Positions 38,992 to 45,456 of a stretch of DNA of 45,456 nt are shown here, one piece after another. A model generated the notes under the pieces. It saw nothing but the letters and a program-made list of their open reading frames with translations. It had not been told where the DNA came from and did no database searches. This DNA comes from Promethearchaeota archaeon (GTDB lineage Archaea; Asgardarchaeota; Lokiarchaeia; Sigyniarchaeales; SOKP01). The stretch's first letter is position 1. Each line of letters begins with the position of its first letter. The DNA lies in the NCBI GenBank assembly GCA_011364975.1, contig RDOE01000020.1, positions 1-45,456 on the forward strand, written 5' to 3'. The translations under genes and the position numbers were made by a program.

Positions 38992-39050
38992 TAAGAATAG
39001 TTGTTTAGCAAATTCTTATTAAGTTTTTTATAAAAAGGTAATATAATTGA

Positions 39051-39560
39051 CTAAGATACTTTTTTAAATGCTTTCTGAACTTCAGAAATTTCATTACGTA
39101 AAGAGTCAATTCCCTTATGAAGTATATCTTTTATCTTATATCCTTTTTCTAATCTGATGAAAAGTTCTGGTGGGTCTATTTGGGTAACTTTATATGCTGC
39201 AGTATTTACCCCTTCAATATTTAAGAGATGCTTTACAAAGATATTTAATAATCCATGAGATTGACCCTCAACTTTTAAACTGTAATCATTTTCAGTTACA
39301 CCACGATTTATGATTAAGTTGAGGTATTTATATGTAATTTCAGGTTCAGTTTCCATAATAGTGAAATCTTCATCAAGAAATTCTTCTTCATCTAAGGCTT
39401 GTGTGTCTTCAGCGAGGTCAGAAGATGGCTTTTTTAGAGAATCAGGTTTGCTCTTTCCCACATCGGGATAATGGCTTTCAATATCTTCATCATCAAATAA
39501 ATCGTCATCAAGATCTTCTACTTCATCCTTTTCTTTCAAATCAACTTTTTTTTTTGCCAC
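39051..39560 (-). CDS. rpoL: RNA polymerase subunit L (Rpo11) with long acidic N-terminal extension
   Basis: C-terminal LKVEGQSHGLLN....L....GV..AAYKV...DPPELFI; synteny with csl4. Confidence 0.8.
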   Translation of the reverse strand: MAKKKVDLKEKDEVEDLDDDLFDDEDIESHYPDVGKSKPDSLKKPSSDLAEDTQALDEEEFLDEDFTIMETEPEITYKYLNLIINRGVTENDYSLKVEGQSHGLLNIFVKHLLNIEGVNTAAYKVTQIDPPELFIRLEKGYKIKDILHKGIDSLRNEISEVQKAFKKVS

Positions 39561-39645
39561 TAAATTTGCACCAGATACTTAGCTTTAATTTGTCTAGTTT
39601 ATAATAAAATAAATGTTTTTTGGTTTTTCTCTTAAATTATTGAAT

Positions 39646-39873
39646 TTAAGAGTCTAAATATCGATTAGCTAACTCTCTTAGGCGTTCAGTAGCTAAAGAT
39701 TGAATGTCTCTTGGACCAAAAATAGTAATTTTAACAAAATTTCCATCAACAGTACAATTTAAATTGATATAATTAACTTTTTTTTGAACATCTTCAAGAA
39801 ATTTCACAATATTTTCTAATTCGCCACTCGAATTATAAAAATGAAATACTTTTCTTCCACCACGACTGCCCAA
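39646..39873 (-). CDS. Small conserved protein (resembles the DUF2067 N-terminal domain)
   Basis: 75 aa; GNFVKITIFGP motif; lies between csl4 and rpoL; SD AGGT. Confidence 0.55.
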   Translation of the reverse strand: MGSRGGRKVFHFYNSSGELENIVKFLEDVQKKVNYINLNCTVDGNFVKITIFGPRDIQSLATERLRELANRYLDS

Positions 39874-39952
39874 TTATCCTACCTTTATATTATAATTATA
39901 AAGTTATAATAAATCTAATAATAATTTATTTAAAAAAATAATTTGGAATTGG

Positions 39953-40561
39953 TTAATATCTAAGATTTTGATTAACATTTCTGTAATCTGAAGCTAACAC
40001 TCTTGATTCCACATTTCCACATCTGGAACATCTTAGTTTATTTAAGCCAACTTTATCTAACGGAGTTCCACATATACTGCAATCGGCGTGAATTACTCCT
40101 AAATCTTTACCAACCGTGCTTAATATATATTCATTTTCTTTTTGTCCTATAACCTTAAACCGAACAATATCAGTTATTTGAAATGCATCAGAAATCTTTT
40201 CAATATATTTATGTGAAATTTGTGAAACATGGATATTTCCAAAATATGAACTGTTAAAATGAATTTTATTATTGATAGTTTGAAAATCAATCCCCACAGA
40301 ATATTGCCGCAGAAACAAAACTGTTCCTACAACGATATCACCTGTTTGAACAGTCTTCCGATCTTCTTCATGGTGGCCTTTAATTGAAATTACACGTTTA
40401 TTATCATCTATTGTAAGAATACCTGCTTTAGTAGCATAAATTTCTCCATCCTTTATATAAGTTGATTGTTTATCCGGTAAATATTCTTCTACTACTCCTA
40501 AATATTGTCCGGTAAGTACTATATCTTTATCCTTAACTGATTGTTTCATCGAATTCAACAA
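39953..40561 (-). CDS. csl4: Exosome complex RNA-binding protein Csl4
   Basis: VLTGQYLG..EEY.P, S1 domain IHVSQIS, C-terminal CSICG...CSRCGNVESR. Confidence 0.93.
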   Translation of the reverse strand: MLNSMKQSVKDKDIVLTGQYLGVVEEYLPDKQSTYIKDGEIYATKAGILTIDDNKRVISIKGHHEEDRKTVQTGDIVVGTVLFLRQYSVGIDFQTINNKIHFNSSYFGNIHVSQISHKYIEKISDAFQITDIVRFKVIGQKENEYILSTVGKDLGVIHADCSICGTPLDKVGLNKLRCSRCGNVESRVLASDYRNVNQNLRY

Positions 40562-40665
40562 AAATCTTTTAATTTCCCTACTAAATTAATATATATTAAA
40601 TCTATTAAATTTATTGATAATAATTGATAAAAAAAATAACTCTAGCTAATCATTAGGCGATAATT

Positions 40666-41319
40666 ATTAATAAAAGGGATTTAATCTCACTTATTCAAAA
40701 CACCGATGCCTTCTCATCTCCAAAAGTTAATTTAGAGCAATATTGTATCGATGCTGAAAGTGCGGTGGATATATTATATTTTGCAGGGGTTGAATTCAAT
40801 GATATTGAGAATAGACTAGTGATTGATCTTGGTGCAGGAACTGGAAGATTATCAATTGCTTCCGCTTTTCTAAAAGCAAGATATATCTTGAGTATTGATA
40901 TCGATTTAGATGCAATTAATATCTTAAAAAGAAATATCAATAGATTAGATCTAGATCATCTTATCTTTCCAATATGTGCTGATATTAAAAACTTTAATAT
41001 CTCAGATTTCTTATTTTCTCAAAATATGCATATTACAACGATAATGAATCCGCCTTTCGGAGTTCAAAGAAAAGCTGCTGATAGAAAGTTTTTACAAACT
41101 GCCTTTTCTTTTTCTAACGTGGTATATTCCATACATTTAGCCAATGAGGGTGTTCAAAAATTTATATCACGTTATTCTAATAAATTTAATTGGAAAGTCA
41201 ATTACATTTTTCCTTATCAATTAATTTTAGAAAAATCTTATGATTTTCATAAGCAAAAAAAAAAACTTATAGATGTAGATATATATAGATTTGAAAGAAG
41301 AAAAATAACTGCCTATTAA
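40666..41319 (+). CDS. METTL5-family RNA m6A methyltransferase; N-terminus extends beyond the track call, probable ATT start
   Basis: Extension NKRDLISLIQ...FSSPKVNLEQY; DLGAGTG, NPPFG, VVYSIH; in-frame TAG at 40654-40656. Confidence 0.88.
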   Translation: MNKRDLISLIQNTDAFSSPKVNLEQYCIDAESAVDILYFAGVEFNDIENRLVIDLGAGTGRLSIASAFLKARYILSIDIDLDAINILKRNINRLDLDHLIFPICADIKNFNISDFLFSQNMHITTIMNPPFGVQRKAADRKFLQTAFSFSNVVYSIHLANEGVQKFISRYSNKFNWKVNYIFPYQLILEKSYDFHKQKKKLIDVDIYRFERRKITAY

Positions 41320-41322
41320 TTA

Positions 41323-42630
41323 TTATTGATACTTTTTCCAAGAATTTAATTTATCTGGGTAATGACTATTTGGCCTTAAAAACTCTTCAATGCGTAAAAG
41401 CTGATTATATTTACAGGTTCTATCACTCCTACAAGTAGCACCACTCTTTATCTGCCCAGTACATAGTCCTACGGATAAATCAGCAATAAAAGTATCCTCT
41501 GTTTCTCCTGAACGATGTGAAACCATCACATTATAATTGTTTTTAAAAGCCAATTTACATGCATCAATTGCTTCTGACAAACTGCCGATTTGATTCACTT
41601 TTAATAACAATGCATTTCCAGCATTTTCTTTTATAGCTTTTTCAAGGATTTTCATATTGGTAACAGTAATATCATCATCTACTATCTGAACTTCATTTTT
41701 AATCTTCTGAGTAAGTTCTTTAAAACTTTCAAATGCTTGTTGCTCAAAAGGATCTTCAATTGATTTAATAAATGAATATTTTTTACATAAATCAAGGTAA
41801 TAATCTAACAGTTCTCCGGCATTGAAAACCTTATCGTCAATGTAATAATTACCATCTTTAAAGAATTCACTTGCAGCAGCATCCATACCTAAATAAAAAT
41901 CATGATTCATTGAGAATCCTGCTTCTTCAATACCCTTAACAATAACATCTAACGCTTCTGTAGTGAAACTTAAATTAGGTGCGAAACCTCCTTCATCTCC
42001 TACATTCACAGCAGTCTTTCCATAATTTTTTAATAAAATCTTTTTAAGCGTTTGATATACTTCTGCCACATTTTTTATGGCATCTGAAAATGAAGTAGCC
42101 CCTATTGGAAGAACCATAAATTCTTGAATTGCTAAGTTATTTCCAGCATGTTCTCCTCCATTAAGTATATTACAGCAAGGTAAAGGCATTAAATAATCTT
42201 TTCTTGATGTATCATGGGAAAGTTCGTAAATATGTTTAAATAATGGATGCTCTAATAAAATCGATGCCAATTTAGCGACTGCTAATGATACTGAAAGAAT
42301 AGCATTTGCTCCTAAATTCTTTTTATTATTTGAGCCATCAATTGAAATCATTTCATTATCTATTTTTCGCTGTTCTCGAACGTCAAAACCTATTAACTTT
42401 TTAGCTATAATGTTATTAACGTTAGAAACAGCTTTAGTAACATGTTTTCCAAGGAAATCTTTCCCTCCGTCTCTTAATTCCAGAGCCTCCAATAGACCAG
42501 TTGATGCTCCTGAAGGTACAGATGCTCTAGCAAATATTTTTCCGGAAAATACATCCGTTTCTACAGTAGGATTCCCACGAGAATCTAGAATCCACCGTGA
42601 ATGTATTTTTGTGATTTTAAAATCTGTCAT
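41323..42630 (-). CDS. eno: Enolase
   Basis: DSRGNPTVE, VPSGASTG, GDEGGFAP, LLKVNQIG, SHRSGETED. Confidence 0.98.
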   Translation of the reverse strand: MTDFKITKIHSRWILDSRGNPTVETDVFSGKIFARASVPSGASTGLLEALELRDGGKDFLGKHVTKAVSNVNNIIAKKLIGFDVREQRKIDNEMISIDGSNNKKNLGANAILSVSLAVAKLASILLEHPLFKHIYELSHDTSRKDYLMPLPCCNILNGGEHAGNNLAIQEFMVLPIGATSFSDAIKNVAEVYQTLKKILLKNYGKTAVNVGDEGGFAPNLSFTTEALDVIVKGIEEAGFSMNHDFYLGMDAAASEFFKDGNYYIDDKVFNAGELLDYYLDLCKKYSFIKSIEDPFEQQAFESFKELTQKIKNEVQIVDDDITVTNMKILEKAIKENAGNALLLKVNQIGSLSEAIDACKLAFKNNYNVMVSHRSGETEDTFIADLSVGLCTGQIKSGATCRSDRTCKYNQLLRIEEFLRPNSHYPDKLNSWKKYQ

Positions 42631-42746
42631 AATTTTATTTTCCCAATTTTATTAATCTAATAAGTTAATAATGAATAAAGAAATTTTAATTCTTAATAGT
42701 ATTTCTTTATATTATACTAACCCTTTAAAATAGGTTAATCATAAAA

Positions 42747-43718
42747 ATGTCAATCGATAATAGACCTTGGGTAGAAAAATACAGACCTCGTGACTTAGAT
42801 GAAATTGTAAATCAAAAGGGAATAATAAAGCGTTTAAAGCAATTTATTAAAGATAAGTCTATGCCTCATCTGATTTTTGCAGGTCCCGCAGGGACAGGAA
42901 AAACAACATCTGCTTTAGCAATAGTGAGAGAGCTTTATGGGAGGCAAATGGCAGTTAATACCACCTATTTAGAATTAAATGCTAGCGATGCAAGAGGCAT
43001 TGATGTTATACGTACCTATATCAAGGATTTTGCAAAAGCAAGACCCCCAGTGGACATTCCATTCAAAATATTGATATTAGATGAAGCTGATAATATGACC
43101 TCTCCAGCACAACAAGCTCTAAGAAGAACAATGGAAAATTATACTAAAAATTGTCGAATGATCTTAATTTGCAATTACTCTAATAAAATTATTCCTCCAA
43201 TCCAATCTAGATGTGTGGTATTCCGATTCTCATCTTTAAATAACGAAGACATAAAAGAACGCGTTAAATTTATAGCTAAAGAAGAAAATATTACTATCTC
43301 TCCCGACGGTTTAAACGCTTTAGTAGAGGTATCTAAGGGAGATTGTAGAAGAGCTATTAATTATTTACAATCTTGTGGTACTATTTCAAAAAAAATAGAT
43401 CAAGAACTTATTTTCCGGGTTGCAGGTGAAGTACCACCTGATAAAATTAAAGAAATTCTCAATACTGCTTTAGAAGGACAACTTAATTTCTCTTTAAAGT
43501 TATTGGAAGATACTGTAAAGGATTATGGATTAGCGGGTATTAACATCATAAAGAATATTCATCGAGAAATTTATGATTTAAACATATCAGAATATTTAAA
43601 AATTGAACTTTCCAAATTGTTAGCCGAATTTGAATATAGATTAAGTCAAGGTGGCACTGAAGAGATTCAACTTCAAGCTTTGCTAGCTAATATTGTTATG
43701 TTGCATGATACTAAATAA
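42747..43718 (+). CDS. rfcS: Replication factor C small subunit
   Basis: PWVEKYRP, GPAGTGKT, ELNASDARG, LDEAD, IQSRC. Confidence 0.97.
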   Translation: MSIDNRPWVEKYRPRDLDEIVNQKGIIKRLKQFIKDKSMPHLIFAGPAGTGKTTSALAIVRELYGRQMAVNTTYLELNASDARGIDVIRTYIKDFAKARPPVDIPFKILILDEADNMTSPAQQALRRTMENYTKNCRMILICNYSNKIIPPIQSRCVVFRFSSLNNEDIKERVKFIAKEENITISPDGLNALVEVSKGDCRRAINYLQSCGTISKKIDQELIFRVAGEVPPDKIKEILNTALEGQLNFSLKLLEDTVKDYGLAGINIIKNIHREIYDLNISEYLKIELSKLLAEFEYRLSQGGTEEIQLQALLANIVMLHDTK

Positions 43719-44543
43719 TTTGTTTTTATAGCTATACTTAATTTCTTGTTCTAAAAAAAACGCATTCATCCGCTCAATTGATTTTGTATCATTTATAAAT
43801 CTGATAGTCTCATCATATTTGACATCCCATAATATCAGCCCTCGAGGATCGGCTGGTTGGTAAGAAACGGTAATACTAGGATTAAACAAATTTAAATACT
43901 CAGCATAATCGATTTTTCCCCTACCCATTTCTAATATAATTGCTATCATCCTACGAATTTGCTGGCGCAAAAAAGCTCGACTTTTAAAATCAAATATAAT
44001 AAAGTTATTTTCTTTCCTTAATGATGCGAGAAGAATATCTCTAACTGTTTTAACCTCTTCTTTACCTTTCTTATAAAAATTTGTAAAGTCATGCCTACCT
44101 TCTAGTTCTCTACATGCTTTTTTCATCAACTTAAAATTCAATTTCTCATCTTTATAAGATCCCCCTTTCCTTATAGGGAGAAAATATTTGTAATGCCGAT
44201 ATATGGCATTATATCGTGAAAGGAAATCATTTTGTACTAAAGCATGAGCCCATAATCCAATTTCTCTTGGTAATGCTGAATTAATCTCCATAAGGATAGG
44301 CTTTTTTAAACTTACAAATGATAATGCTGCCCCTCGAGCAGAAACAAATCGATCTGTTCTACTAGCCACTTCAAACTTAGAACTTTCAGCATCCTTTATA
44401 TAATTCTTATTAATTAAAGTGTCAATTAAACACTCTTCAATGGTTATATTAACCTTTTGTCGTTGAGAGCCAAAGAATTGCTTAGAAGCGATATAATAAA
44501 GCTTAAAGAGATATTTCTTTGCGTACATGCTTTTAAATTGCAC
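43683..44543 (-). CDS. truA: tRNA pseudouridine(38-40) synthase TruA family
   Basis: FFGSQRQ, ASRTDRFVSA, GRHDFTNF, AFLRQQIRRM; start may be ATG at 44528. Confidence 0.9.
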   Translation of the reverse strand: MQFKSMYAKKYLFKLYYIASKQFFGSQRQKVNITIEECLIDTLINKNYIKDAESSKFEVASRTDRFVSARGAALSFVSLKKPILMEINSALPREIGLWAHALVQNDFLSRYNAIYRHYKYFLPIRKGGSYKDEKLNFKLMKKACRELEGRHDFTNFYKKGKEEVKTVRDILLASLRKENNFIIFDFKSRAFLRQQIRRMIAIILEMGRGKIDYAEYLNLFNPSITVSYQPADPRGLILWDVKYDETIRFINDTKSIERMNAFFLEQEIKYSYKNKLFSIMQHNNIS

Positions 44544-44721
44544 CGTATTTAATTTTCGAATTTAATAATATTTTTGACAATCTAATAATATTAATTAATG
44601 TCGTGTTATAATATTAAGACCAAATAAAATCCCAAAAAATAATATTTTAATGAAAAGAAGTTTTTTATATTGCAAATTTCATAAGAAAAATTAAGATTTT
44701 TAAAAAATCTGAAGATAAAAA

Positions 44722-45456
44722 ATGTCAAAGATTTACTCCTCATTAAGAGACCTACGTGATCGAATAAGAGCGTCTATTACGGTTAAAACCAAAAATGTTT
44801 TATTCTTTACAGCATTGTTTTTAGTCATTTTTTTGGCAATTGTGATAAGAATTAGCCCAATTATTGAAGGTAACCTATTAATCAAAGCATTTGATCCTTG
44901 GATACAATATTATAATGCGGAATATTTATCTACGCATACCATTTTCGAATATTTCAATTGGCATGATATAAAAAGCTGGTTTCCAGAAGGGTATACTCGT
45001 GGAGGTTTACGACCGGGGCTTACATTCACGGTAGTAATAATATATTACATTATCAATTCTTTTGGAATTCCCGTGTCCCTTTATTCTATATGCTTTTTCT
45101 TTCCTGCATTCATGGGGGGAGCTTCTGTTTATGCGGCGTATTTAGTTGGAAAAGAAGCTTTAGATCGAAAATGTGGATTATTCGCGGCTTTTTTCTTAGC
45201 TTTAAACACAGGCTTTATGCAAAGGACTACTGCAGGATTCTTTGATAATGAAACTATCGGAGTTTTTGCAACGTTAATGACTTTCTATTTCTTTTTAAAA
45301 ACACTAAGAACGGGTAAAATTACACATTCCGTTCTAGGAGGGGTGTTCTTAGGATATCTATCACTTAGTTGGGGTGGATTTAATTTCGTCTACCTCATTT
45401 TACCCTTGGTTTGTGTAATTTTAATTATTGGAAAGAAATATAATCCAAATATAATG
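44722..45456 (+). CDS. aglB: STT3/AglB oligosaccharyltransferase, partial (runs off the window end)
   Basis: Manual translation: AFDPWIQY, WHDIKSWFPEG, RPGL, FFPAFMGG, RTTAGFFDNE, SWGG. Confidence 0.92.
   Translation, partial: MSKIYSSLRDLRDRIRASITVKTKNVLFFTALFLVIFLAIVIRISPIIEGNLLIKAFDPWIQYYNAEYLSTHTIFEYFNWHDIKSWFPEGYTRGGLRPGLTFTVVIIYYIINSFGIPVSLYSICFFFPAFMGGASVYAAYLVGKEALDRKCGLFAAFFLALNTGFMQRTTAGFFDNETIGVFATLMTFYFFLKTLRTGKITHSVLGGVFLGYLSLSWGGFNFVYLILPLVCVILIIGKKYNPNIM

Noticed and set aside
41660-41690. Enolase QIVDDD instead of the usual QIVGDD
   Set aside because: Single substitution; the other catalytic motifs are intact
1551-42655. Short antisense or overlapping ORFs in the track (e.g. 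1551-1760, 3080-3364, 9695-9982, 12429-12674, 21295-22248, 24396-25127, 31210-31428, 40695-40940, 42410-42655)
   Set aside because: They shadow well-supported genes and show no motifs
1-45456. tRNA, rRNA, CRISPR arrays, transposases, integrases and inteins
   Set aside because: No GC-rich structured RNA, periodic repeats or mobile-element motifs were seen by eye; RpoA1, RpoA2 and RFC-S have no intein-sized insertions

Overview
AT-rich archaeal chromosomal window. It is most consistent with an Asgard archaeon (Lokiarchaeia-like); this is an inference from two stand-alone Ras-superfamily GTPases, a STT3/AglB, split rpoA1/rpoA2 and archaeal information-processing genes. Most of it is housekeeping: rpoA1-rpoA2-L30e-nusA-S12-S7, pyrB, L44e-S27e, TFS, PCNA-PriL-PriS-GINS, Nop10/aIF2a, EF-1alpha, IleRS, the Csl4/RpoL cluster, METTL5, enolase, RFC-S, TruA and AglB. 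Reading between the ORF calls gives four notable signals. (1) EF-1alpha is interrupted in its P-loop (GHIDHG/KST) by a 32-nt insert that folds into a bulge-helix-bulge-like motif; the rule-predicted cuts restore the reading frame exactly, making it a candidate tRNA-endonuclease-type mRNA intron. (2) ileS is preceded by a 24-codon Ile-rich leader ORF, a second Ile-rich mini-ORF and mutually competing RNA helices, a candidate ribosome-mediated attenuator in an archaeon. (3) Several genes have no in-frame ATG/GTG/TTG and seem to start at ATA/ATT/TTA. (4) One gene fuses a winged HTH and an ATP-cone to a catalytically dead class III RNR-like domain. No rRNA, tRNA, CRISPR array or intact mobile element was recognised.
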